A DNA stretch of 64,000 nucleotides from Pristiophorus japonicus (taxonomy: Eukaryota): contig NC_091991.1 in NCBI RefSeq assembly GCF_044704955.1, positions 181,288,001 through 181,352,000 of the forward strand, in the 5' to 3' direction. This document shows positions 1-12,900 of the stretch, piece after piece. The position numbers and the translations under genes were made by a program. A model generated the notes under the pieces. That model was given only the letters and a program-made list of their open reading frames with translations. It was not told where the DNA came from and searched no databases. Position 1 is the first letter of the stretch. Each line of letters starts with the position of its first letter.

Positions 1-7
1 TAGAATG

Positions 8-230
8 AAAAGACTTGCATTTATATAGCGCCTTTCACGACCACTGAACGTCTCAAAAGTGCTTTACAGCCAATAAAGTACTTTTGGAGTGTGGTCACTG
101 TTGTAGGGTTCTCATTTGTTGGCATTGCAAACAAAGTGAGTGATGGGCAATAAACGTTAAAATAGGAATGTCCGTGATGGGCAATAAATGCTGGCTTTGC
201 CAACGACAGCCAAATCCCATGAACGATAAC
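8..230 (-). mobile_element. SINE 3' tail fragment plus LINE-like remnant
   Basis: GACTTGCATTTATATAGCGCCTTTCACGACC is the reverse complement of the SINE tail. Confidence 0.65.
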
Positions 231-869
231 AAAAAAAATTAAATAAATGTAGGTCGTCCAGGGTTATACAGGTGCATTTCAAAACCGTTTTTTTGTGGTA
301 TTCTTTTGTTCTCAAATCATCGGGGCTTCAGATGAAACATCTGTGCTTCTTGCTCCCAGGTTAGGGCTGCATGAATTAAATGTAGAGTAAAGCTCACTCC
401 TAAAGTTAGACAAGCTGCTCTCTATTGCACCAGTCTTACTGTTTCCAACATTAGCCATTCTGTGACCTCTTTGAAGTTCACATTTACATGCCACATGATG
501 CCAGTTTTGTGCTGTGGACTTGCACCAGCTGGGAATCGGTTCACTTTAGTTCATACCCTTACAACCAAACACAATTTCCCTTCCATCAGTCTGAACTGGA
601 ATCAAAGCATAGGTCCCAGAGGAGAGGGGACAATGCAGGAACACTGGGTCTCCCCCTCACGCGGCACTCCCTCTCATCGAGCGCCTGTATTGCATTTCAT
701 TTACTCCATGGTCTTCGAGGTCATTAAATCCACAATGCTGTACAACTCCGATCCCGTTAATCTGTTGCCAATGCCCTCTCCTCTCCCTGAAGCAGAAACA
801 TCACAAACCAGTGGTCTTTGAAATATCACCACCTTCTGTAGTTATAAAGATAAAAGTACTGCTCCTTAC

Positions 870-957
870 AGACTCTGAATAGGCCTTCTGGCAGACACTG
901 CCAGGGTAGCTTTCACTTAAATGGATCCTCTTCAGGAGCTGCCCAGTCTTTAAGTTC
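870..957 (-). CDS. PALB2: PALB2 WD40 exon, human exon 11 equivalent ([29 protein letters not shown])
   Basis: 88 nt, CTCTTAG|GAA and TCT|GTAAGG. Confidence 0.93.
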
Positions 958-3900
958 CTAAGAGGTAAACACACAAAAATCAATCTTGACAAGTTTCTCT
1001 CCTCTCCGCTACCTGACCAACACCCATTGAATAATATTACATGACGGATCACTAAAACAAGGTGGCGATGCAGACAGAAAACAGGGAGCGGAGTTGAATG
1101 GAAGAGAGTCAGGCTGTGGTGAGTCTGGGATTAAAAAGCCTTTAGTAGTTTACAAAGTACTTTTACATAGTGATTTATCACCTATGTCAGGAATGCCCCA
1201 AACTGCTTCACATACTTTTTATTCCTTTGAAGTATACTGTCGCTCTGTTGGTAAATGCGGAAACCATTTTCTACACAGCAAGACCCCATTAACAACAGTG
1301 AGATTAAAGGCTGATTAATCTGTTTTTAAGTGGTGCTGGATGAGGGAGGAATATTGGCCTAGACATTTGGAGAACTCCTTGCTCTTCTTCAATGGGATAC
1401 TTTAATCTGAACCATCTGTAGTAGTCAAGGACAGCACCTGCCACAAGGTGGCATTCTCCAAGTGCTGCACTGGAGAGTCAGCTGATGTCCTGGATAGAGT
1501 TTTGACCCCACAACCTTCGTGCCGATAGGCGAGAGGTAAAGATGCCCCTAATTTTTTGGGGGGGTTGCGTGGCCCCTTTAACGGACAGTGTGGCCCATTC
1601 CAAGCTTTGCACATGCTCTAAATTTCACAGGTTCCAGGCTGCACGGGACAGGCAGACTGCTGCAAAGCCACGCAGCTTAGAAGGAACACGTTGGTGAGCG
1701 GGCTATTAACTGATCCAAGCTGACACCATTCCCCCTTGTTACACGCCAACTTACTCATACGTTTTAAAAGTCTGATTAAACAATAGATTACACTGAAGAA
1801 AACTGACATTTTTATTTTAATATTTTAGACAGTCAACTTTAGGCAGAGCAGCTCATACAGGTAGGGTTGGTGGGGTCTGGAACTCACTGCCTGAAAGGGT
1901 GGTGGAGGCAGAAACCCTCACCACATTAAAAAAGTACCTGGATGTACATTTTAAGTGCTGTAACCTGCAGGGCTATGGACCGAGAGCTGGAAAGTGGGAC
2001 TAGGCTGGATAGCTCTTGGTTGACCAGTGCGGGCACGATGGGCCGAATGGCCTCCTTCTGTGCTGTAAATTTCTGTGTTTCTATGAAGTATTTGCTATTA
2101 ATCCTTGATGAGTTAATTGGTATACAAGGCAGAAGATACATACAGGATTTAAGGAAGGCTTGGGTAGCGTGATCTACAAATGTCTAGTGTCACAACATTC
2201 GAGGCGAGTGCCCATCATATCGGCGTTAAAAATATAATCCCAATGAAAACCCAGTCTTTCTAAATTTGCCGTGATCTCATTGAATGGTGGAACAGGGGGA
2301 TAGAGTATAAAGACAGAGAAGTCCTGCTACAACTGTACAGGATATTGGTGAGGCCACACCTGGAGTACTGAGTACAGTTTTGGTCTCCATATTTAAGGAA
2401 GGATATACTTGCATTGGAGGCTGTTCAGAGAAGGTTCACTAGGTTGATTCCGGAGATGAGGGGATTGACTTATGAAGATAGGTTGAGTAGGTTGGGCCTA
2501 TACTCATTGGAGTTCAGAAGAACGAGAGGTGATCTTATCGAAACGTACAAGATAATGAGGGGCTCGCCAAGGTGGATGCAGAGAGGATATTTCCACTCAT
2601 CGGGGAAACTAAAGCTAGGGGACATAGTAGAATAAGGGGCCGCCCATTTAAAACTGAGATGAGGAGGAATTTCTTCTCTGAGGGTTGTAAATCTGTGGAA
2701 TTTGCTGCCTCAGAGAGCTGTGGAAGCTGGGACATTGAATAAATTTAAGACAGAGATAGACAGTTTCTTAAGGGAATAAAGGAGTGGACAGGGAAGTGGA
2801 GCTAAGTCCATGATCAGATCAGCCATGATCTTATTGAATGGCGGAGCAGGCTCGAGGGGCCTTATGGCCTACTCCTGCTCCTATTTCTTATGTTCTTATG
2901 AATTGTGCCCCAGTTATGTATTTTAACATTTTAGGGTTAGTAAGGTTACTTGTGATGTTTGAGCAGTTTATTACTGCAAGATATTTATATTACTAATTTC
3001 AGCCTCACTGCACGAGCTGGAATCATATCAAACAGTCAGGCGAGGATGACAGGACTTGTTCAGACACAGGGTGAATAGTCTGTAAAATTTACATCACAGG
3101 TCACACATACATTACCCAAATGGTCTTGGGAGTCATAATGCGTTTTATTAAGGAGCGACAGTTTTAAATATAATCAGATACAGCACGCAATCAGGATAGC
3201 GATAGTAGACATACAACCCGTAAAAGGGAACAAAATACCGGTCCTAGAACAACAACAACCTGTATTTATATAGCGCCTTTAACGTAGTAAAACGTCCTCA
3301 GGCACATCACCCGCTGATGTGGCCGGCATTCTCCTGGGTCATTAACTTACACCCTAGTTGTTGTGCTAGAATACTTATTTCTTTTATGAAATCATTATTT
3401 CTTTTATAATTCATGATTTCTTACAAGTCAAGGAATGAATCAGAAAATACCAGTACACCCGATACTCTCGTCCACTTAGAGGGAGTTGTGCACTCACCAG
3501 ATGACGATGTTGCTCATTATAGTTGATCCAATCAAAGCTTCCACCTCCCCTTCGACTTCACTGAAAGCCAGAACCATCTCATTGGGTGGCACCAGCTGCA
3601 TGCATCGCTCACTCCTAACCACGAGAATTCAGACAGACAGTCAGTCACAACACTGCAATTAACTCTACAGAAAATATTTCCTCTCCTCCCCTCGGGCCTT
3701 TCCCTGCTCCGTCAAGGCATCACGTTCCTGTTTGAGGGCTGAGGAGGGATCTCTTCACGGACCTTTACCAATGTCAGGATTAGGAAATGAGGAACCTACC
3801 CAAGTTGCAAGTGGTGAATGTGACGAGTCGTGGGGAAACCATGGTCTTCCGGAGCTTGCTTGACTGCACTATGGTGGCACTACTTCAATATCCACCATCA

Positions 3901-6900
3901 CATCTGGGTTGGAGGGTCAGTACTGAGGGAGTGCCACGCTGTCAGAGGGGCAGTACTGAGGGAGTGCTGCACTGTCGGAGGGGCAGTATTTCAGATGAGA
4001 TGTTAAACCGAGGCCCCGTCTGCTCTAAGGTGGATGTAAAAGATCCCATGGCATTATTTGACATAGAGCAGGGGTGTTCTCCCCAGTGTCCTGGCCAATA
4101 TTTATCCCTCAATCAACATCACAAAAACGGATTATCTGGTCATTATCACATTGCTGTTTGTGGGAGCTTGCTGTGTGCATATTGGCTGCCGTATTTCCTA
4201 CATTACAATAGTGACTACACTTCAAAAAATACTTCTTTGGCTGTAAAGCGCTTTGGTCATGAAAGGCGCTATATAAATACAAGTCTTTTTCTTGTTTTGT
4301 CTATTGCTCTTGAACCCTCTAAACCCTTGTATGTTGCATTTAGTTAATTGTTCAAACAAACATCAAACGCACAACAGCTAGCATGCTCAGCTGAAACACG
4401 CCAAGAACAAATACACAGATCAGATTCTGACCTTCCTTCTTTGGAGAGGGTGTTCAGTTCTATGCGTTGACTCTGGAGTGTGCCACAAGAGCAGACCAGC
4501 CTCCTTCCAGGCAGCCCCAGCACTGCGTTTATATCTCCTGTCTGCAGCAGAGTGTGTTCCAAGCAGCCTCTCTCTGTGGAGTGCAACACTCTGAAAACAA
4601 ACAGGAACAGCAGAGAAATCAATCAGCCATTTTTCAAGAAAAAGGTGCTGTCTGTCTTCAACATAGCCATGAGCTGAGCTGCAGTACCATTTGCTGTACT
4701 GCGTTTCTCGGACGCATTGTTAGGGTTGCAGTAGCACTCTGGGTAAAAATAATGGATTTATTTTCTTTTATATAAAAAAGAGTTTGATGAATCTGCACTC
4801 AAAGGGTAGAGTGTCAGTGCTGGGAATGGAACAGTTCATAATTTTTAAGCACTTTGTTTCAGCATTCAGGTGTAGTACAGGCTAGATACAGAGTAAAGCT
4901 CCCTCTACACTGTCCCATCAAACACTCCCAGGGCAGGTACAGCACAGGTTAGATACAGAGTAAAGCTCCCTCTACACTGTCCCATCAAACACTCCCAGGG
5001 CAGGTACAGCACGGGGTTAGATACAGAGTAAAGCTCCCTCTACACTGTCCCATCAAACACTCCCAGGGCAGGTACAGCACTGGGTTAGATACAGAGTAAA
5101 GCTCCCTCTACACTGTCCCATCAAACACTCCCAGGGCAGGTACAGCACGGGGTTAGATACAGAGTAAAGCTCTTTACAGTGCCTGGATACTGTACTTTAA
5201 CTAAAGTGAAGCCACACTTTATTAAAGGGTATAGTTGCATATGCTTAAAAAATTCCGGTTAACCCCCCCCCCCCCCCTTTAAAAGGCTGTCTGATTATTT
5301 ACACACTTTAACATGAATCACCCCTACTATGACATACTCTTTTAGCTTTACTTAAAAATAAAGTCTCACCTGCCCTCATGAAGTCACACTCAATAGTCCC
5401 ACACAGACAGAGAACGCGCAGGCATTCTGTTTCTGCACTTCTGCTAATTCTGCTCTGTAACCACTGCCGAGAGTTGTGCGCGATCAGTCCAAGTGGGGAA
5501 CCGACTGGTCTCCACCCAGTGCCTCCTCGAATGGCATGGCCGAGAAAGACTGGGAAGTAACCCAAGTACTAATGCAGAAAGAGCGGCAACATCCTGTGCC
5601 AATGTGCTCTCTTCAGTACTCAAATATAGTTTTTCTTTAGACAATAATTTCCCCCCAGTGTCACCACGCGACTCGGTACCGACAACCCAGCGTCGCTGCA
5701 GGCCTTTGCCTGTGCCCGTCCGAAACCAGTTGCCAAAGGAGTGTCTAAGTGGGCCGGGGAAGGCGCTCCTAATGCTTTCTCCACGCATTATGTCAGGAAA
5801 GCACCTGGCCTCTGCTCTGTGCTCACAGCTCGGCCCAGCAGTGTGCAAACCCGTCACTCCATGTCACCACATGCCCAGAACTGTGGGGGCATGTCAATTT
5901 CAACAGTTTGGTTGGTAAATGTAACAATATACTGCAGAACTGATTATTTTGGCGAGAACACTAGGTCTGCGAAAATATAATTACCACAAATACCCGATTG
6001 GAGAAACGTCAGTCAGGATGTAACGGTTGGTCCACAAATGTAAATTTAGCGCGGATCCGTGTGAGCGAGTAATCAATCAGTTCTGCAGTATTTCAATGGT
6101 TTGGTCAAAGCGCTTTGCTGCCTTACTTCACTTCCCTGATTTCCAGGTTTCCAAAGGCTACGCACAGGATGTTCACAGCATCGGGAATGGGGATGAGTTC
6201 GATTATGGGAACCTGCAAGGGTTGGGGAGTGGAGAGCAAATCAACACCAAAATCAGGTAACAACTTCAGAAGGCACCTGTACCTCAGCACTGGTCACAAC
6301 AATCGCGAATATTCAGTCCACTTCCTGCTCAGCTTCGATTCCAAAGCCCAATATACCAGCTGTATACACAACTAAAATTAAACTGTTGCTAACCGGTCTG
6401 CGAAGATACCCAATTGGATAAGATGCTGGCTGGCATGTGCGGCCTCAGTGACTTGTGATGCGAAACCCAGATTGGGACAACGCAGAGGTATCTATTTGAT
6501 TTGCGATTCCAGATACTTAGAAGATAATGAGGGGTCTCGACAAGGTAAGGATGCAGAGAGGATGGTTCCCTTCGTGGGGGATTCTAGAACTAGGGTGCAT
6601 AGTTTCAGAATGAGGGGTCGCCCATTTAAAATTGGGATGAGGAGGAATTGCTTCTCTCTGAGGGTTTTAAATCTGTGGAATTCTCTGCCCCAGAGAGCTG
6701 TGGAGGCTGGGTCATTGAATATATTTAAGGCGGAGATAGACAGATCTTTGAGCAATAAGGGAGTAAAGGGTTATGGGGAGCGGGCGGGGAAATGGAGCTG
6801 TGTCCATGATCAGATCAGCCATGATCTTATTGAATGGCGTAGCAGGCTCGAGGGGCCAAATGGCCGACTCCTGCTCCTATTTCTTATGATACACTCAGAC

Positions 6901-9900
6901 GCGTTTCTCATCGCAGCCTCGTCACAGTAGGAAGGTGTCCAGAAGAAGCCCCAACAACCTCCCTACAGACAAAGACAGGTGGGGGAGGAGGTCAGAAGTG
7001 GAGGTAACAGATCTCTGACCTGCTTTTACACGCCCTCTGGCAGATGAATCAGTCGCACTGGTTCAGGCTAGGGGCACAATTACTGGCCTGCCCTGCTATA
7101 ATCGCCAGTAGTCTGGTGAACATGAAATGCAAGTTAAAGCGGGGGTTGAATACCAAACTAAAACAATTACGTTTGCTTTAAACACACCAAACAATGTTTA
7201 AAAGGTATTCGACAGACAGTAAATGTCATATCTGTTAGTCACCCAGTGATATTTCAGGGATCCAGAGCAGATCGTCCTTTCAATATTACCGTCTTTTTTA
7301 ATCCAGGTGTACAATGTATAATAATCCTGAGGGGCCAGGCTGTAGGAAGATGGAGTTAAGGATCCTCCGAACCCAGAGGAAGAGGAAGCTGGGTGTACAA
7401 AGCAAAACCTCAAAGAAGGAGCTTTTGGGAATGAGGGGAGGAGAACCAAGAGGCAAAAGATGCCATAGTATTGTATTCCAACTTGTAGCACCAATACAGT
7501 TTATTATTAAACACACTGTTCCAACTTTTTCCAAAGACTCCATTGTATGTGGAAGACCCTCATTAAGCTGGTGTTATGTAGGTGGTGTAGATATTACAAA
7601 ACAGGCTGTTAAGGATTTAAACTTTATAATTTCAACAAGGCATCCACAATTCTGTCAGAATTTGAAGCATTTGAGTCAAAAGTGAATCATTTAGCACTGA
7701 ATACTAGACAGTCAGATCAGAATTAAGCTAATTCGCAGCATCGAGAAAAGCACAGGCGTCCTTACCTTATCGAAGGCCCACGTGTGGATATTAGTCCACT
7801 GGTTGAGCTGCTGTGGGGCCCACAGAAACACTGCTGTTTCACAGGCGCAGGCAATACATAACATTCTGGCCTCTTTCACTACCCAGAATACTGTGCACAA
7901 GTCAGTAAGGCAGGAAGTGGACGGATTCTACAAATGCAAGCGATAAAACCATTTAGTCTTCTTAAATATTAATACATTGATGAGCCATTGCTATTACAGA
8001 GCAACATAAGAACATAAGAAATAGGAGCAGGAGTTGGCCATTTGGCGCCTCGAGCCTGCTCCGCCATTCAATAAGATCATGGCTGATCTGATCCTAGTCT
8101 CAACTCCACTTCCCTGCCCGCTCCCCATAACCCCTGACTCACCTATAGTTCAAAATCTGTCTAACTCCACCTTAAATATATTCAATGACCCAGTCTCCAC
8201 AGCTCTCTGGGGCAGAGAATTCCATAGATTCACAACCCTGAGAAGCAATTCCTCCTCATCTCAGTTTTAATTGGGCGACCCCTTATTCTGAAACTATGCC
8301 CCCTAGTTCTAGATTCCCCCACGAGGGGAAACATCCTCTCTGTATCTACCTTGTCGAACCCCTTCAGAATCTTGTATGTTTTCAATAAGATCACCTCTCA
8401 TTCTTCTAAACTCCAATGAGTATAGGCCCAACCTGCTCAATCTTTCTTCATAAGTCAACCCCATTCAGTTCAGGCATCAACCGTGTGAACCTTCTCTGAA
8501 CTGCCTGCAGTTGTGAGCAAGTCTGCCTCACAACAATGATGCTCTATAGGACCGATTTTCTCATTGGGGAGCCTCTGCCACAAGCCGTGCAGATTGTGAA
8601 ATCACAAGGCTCCACGCTGGCAGCGTACATTCAAAACCGTCCCCGATACCTACAGCGGAATCTTGACTAGAACACGTAGACATTTTCCCCTTTGTGGGAG
8701 CAAATGTTCACAATTCCTATTTCAAAGAAAACAATTGTTCCTCCTACTCTTGTGATGGCGGATTTCCTGGGATTTGGGGCAACCATACCCAGTTCCCAGC
8801 TTCATTCCCAGGGGCAAAGTGCAGAGCTGGTCATTATTCTGAACCACTGACCCAGTTTTTAAAATCAGTTTTTATAACGTTGGTATCTCAGTCCCTTTGC
8901 AGAGGAAACGTTACCTTTTTAATTCTGACACTGCTCAGTATTTACTAACCTGTATCTTGGAGGTTAGCTGCAATGTCTGCTCGAACTGGCTGGTAGGAAG
9001 ATCAGGAGTCAAGGCATCATCCTTCTTCTGTAAAAAATATCCCTACACAAAGTTAGTTAAAAGACTTTGAAATCAAAAACGTAATGGACAACCTCTGTAC
9101 AATTGATGGATTCTAGTCATGTGTACAAAGTCAGTGCTCTCCCCCATCTGTTTCAAAATGGACCAAAAGTAAAAACTGGCAAGTTGGTAGATAAGCACAC
9201 ACAGTTAATGATGTCTCCAGCTAATGCATTCAGGGTATCACTGAAAACAGGGAAGGGAGGCAAGAGAAAAGCTAGCAGAGATGGCGGATTTAACACATAC
9301 TGTATTACTGATATAATAACTGCACTTCTGTTTAGGAGCGTTATCAGAGAAGTCCAAAAAGAACTGTCCTCTTTTCAATTCTGCACTCCTCAGTCACACA
9401 CTTTTCACCAGAGGGGAGGCAAGTTACAGCAGGCTGGCTCAGCAGAGTAGGCCGCCACATAACCTATTCCCCTGTGCGAGAGCCTTTGACCTCTGCTTTA
9501 CACCTCTTCCTCATCGGCGCACTCAAGATCAGGACTCGGTGGGCATTACCCTGCACCCTAACACTGTGACAACGAACCTCATCACCACAGTAACCAGCAT
9601 GTGCCATGGAAAATCTTACCTCTTCAATTACATCCTCTTCAGAAAATCCCACAGCACGCTCTTCATTTAGCACCTCTGGCTGACTGAACGTAGTCTCACA
9701 ATTGCCGTGGAAGTGCTGCGCAGGTCTCTCCTCCTTCTTATCGAGATGTTCCCTCGCAGACGAAACACACAGAGTGCCTTCTCTTATTGCTGGACTGGAC
9801 AGATTTAAATCAGGCGGCACCACTCCTTCAGCAGGTGTCTGTAACCGTTGCCCACACTTCCCATCGATATTCCGAACATCTTTACACACAGGTGACAATG

Positions 9901-12900
9901 CGGCAGTTGGTGATGAATTCTGGTTTCCACGAGTGCTTTGGGAAAGTCCTGGAGAACCGGATGCAGGCGTGAAGCCAAGTGAAGGGAGCGCAGGGCTACC
10001 TGCGCCTCGGTCCTGCTGGTGGATGCTCCCTGCCTGCACAGTACAGGAAGGTGTTGACAGCAGAAAGCTGGAAGATAGTTTATGGCCAGATGTAGTTTTT
10101 GGCATTTCCTGACCGCAAGGGCAAAGGACATCATCTGCCGCTGGCTCTTCTGGGGCCCTGCTCAATTCCTCGCAGTCGGAACTTTCTGGGGGAAGAACGG
10201 GTGCATTTTAGGTCCATTACAAGGTTCAGGCTTTCACTGTTATTGAGCCTCAAAATGACTGACTAGTGTGCAATTTTGTTTATTATTCATTCACAGGGTT
10301 TGGACATTGCTGGCAAAAGGCTGTTTCCAGGACTTCAACCTCCAGGCCAACATTTATTGCCCATCCCTAATATTCTAGGTACCACTAAAAACATAATGCT
10401 AATAATCCACTACTGAGCTTAACCCTCCAATTTTGGCCTTTTGCGCATCCCTGATTTTAATCGCTCCACCATTGGTGGCCGTGCCTTCAGCTGCCTAGGC
10501 CTGAAGCTCTGGAACTCCCTCCTTAAACCTCTCCACCTCGCTCTCCTCCTTTAAGTTGCTCCTTAAAACCTACCTCATCTGCCGTAATACTACGTGCAGC
10601 ATGTGTGTGCAAATGATACTTTTGCTTGCTACCCGCCTCTCATTTGAAACAGAACCCCCCCCGCCCCTCCTCTTTCTTTCTCAGATGTTGATCAACCTGC
10701 TGTCATACATTTTAAAATTGCTTTATTACAAAATCAAAGCTGCGTATCATTCAGTAAAATCCCAGACACAGGCGAAGGCCATTCAGCCCCTTGAGCTATT
10801 CAATTAGATCACAGCTGATCTGTACTGTAACTCCACCTTCCCACCTTGGTGCCATATCCCTGAATACCCTTGCCTAACAAAAATCTATTAAGCCAAGTTT
10901 TGAAAAGTTCAATTGACCCTCAGCCTCAACAGCTTTTTTTGGGATGGTGTGGCGGGGCAGGGGACAGGGAGGGAGGGGGGTGAGAGAGTTCCAGATTCCC
11001 ACTATCCTTTGTGTGAAGAAGTGTTTCCTGACATCACACCTGAATGGTCTGGCTCTAATTTGAAGGTTATGCCCCATTGTTCTGGTTCCTCCCACCAGTG
11101 GAGATAGTTTTTCGCTATCTACCCTATCAACTCCTTTAATCTTCTCCAGCACTTCGATTATATCACCCCTTAATCTTCTATATTTGAAGGAACAAAAGCC
11201 TAGTCGATAACAACCTGTCTTCATAACCCTTTTAGTTCTGATATCATGCTGGGGAATCAGCGCTGCAGCACCTCCAACGACAATATATCCTTCCGATGGT
11301 GTGGTGCCCACAACTGAAGGCAGTTACCAGATGGGGTCGAATCAGACTAAATGTTAACTTCAAATTTACTCTCTCTCAAGTACTGGAGACTGTTTCAGTC
11401 CAACTTTAAGGAGTCTTGCGTTGTCTGCCAATATCAGAGGTGCGACCCAAGTTACCGAGAGCTGCAGACTCACCTGCACACACAGCACAGAACGTCCTAA
11501 CCACTATTACAGGCCGTAGATGCATACAGTTTGTATTTAATGTGCACAAACGGTTGTACTGCGTGGGTAGTTTATACATATCTGGCCCGGTTAAACTTTC
11601 CCAACAGCATGACGATAAACCTGTACTATGTGTGCCCTACCTCTGTCTAAGTAAATTAGTTTAAGGACATCTTACTCGGCACTCCGAGACAAAGCTAAAT
11701 ATTGGGCTTGTAAATAACCAATGTATTTTGATTAGAACATTAAGATCTCTTCCTTTAGGAATGACTGAGCCATCTTACTTTGTGGGTGGGGCTCCTCAAG
11801 GTTTTCTGTAGCTTGTTTGATGTCCTGTGAATGTGGATTTTCACAGTGCCCTGTATTCCAATTGTCAGTCTCCACCCGAGTTTCCACAGTGCAGTCAGCC
11901 ACATCGTGCTGGGACGGAAGGAGTGATTTCCTCAATGCCTCGGCTCTTAGCTTCTCTTTAAGTAGACCGTATTCCTCGTCAGGGAGGTCAAAATCGCAGA
12001 CCTCCAAGCTGTAAAACAGCCTTTTGACAACAGGCTTCTTAACAGGGAGCAATGGTTCTGAGCACGTTAGTGCCCCGTCTTCAAGTCCCGCAGTGAACTT
12101 CCGGGAGCCAGCACGTGTTCTACGATAGCCGTTACCTATTGGGAATACACAAATCCCATTACAGCAGCAACCCCAAAATTGACGGGCAGGAAAAGACCAG
12201 CTGGTCCATCATGCCTGCCCCACAGCTGTATCACAGTTTATCCATAATGTACCTTTCACAGGCGCAGGAGAAATTAGGCAATCATTAAATGGGCAAAGTA
12301 AATATACAGCTTAGAGGTAAGCACTACATCCCAAGTTTATATTTAATGACACTTACATCATCATCATAGGCAGTCCCTCGTATCGAGGATAACTTGCTTC
12401 CACGCTAAAAAGGGACGAGTTCACAGGTGCTTCAATGAAGGACCTAATATCCAGATCCCGAACTACATGTTGAAGGGTGGAAGATGCCTGTGTGTGGATT
12501 TTTTTAACGTGTGGTGACCGTTGCACACCAGCCACCACACGGGTTCGACAGAGCTAGGTCTTGGTCCACTGGCAAGGATTAACCAAGACTAACTGGAGAT
12601 CAGCTCTGCTGCATGGACCTAGTGCGCACACATATCGCAGTGTGGGCTGGCCCGTGCTGCCTCTGGGCCCTCGGCTCTTCTGACACTTACAGGGGTGCTC
12701 ATGGAACACATGCCCATTCATGGTGCACAGTGAATGAGGGAGTCAGGATCCATTTACAATAGACTTGCTCCAGAGCAACGGGATCAATGCTTATGCCGAG
12801 ATGAATTACACAACAGTGGATGTCTCCAGTCTCTAATCACTTAGATTTCCCTCCCAATCTCTGTAAAAACCAGAAACAAACTTTTCTCTTCGTTATTGCG

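Noticed and set aside
1-869. Final two PALB2 exons
   Set aside because: No match to the GLLF...INP or terminal WD40 peptides seen; presumably beyond the window edge.
7198-7685. Overlapping short ORFs in a PALB2 intron
   Set aside because: No recognisable homology or splice structure; probably a degenerate repeat.
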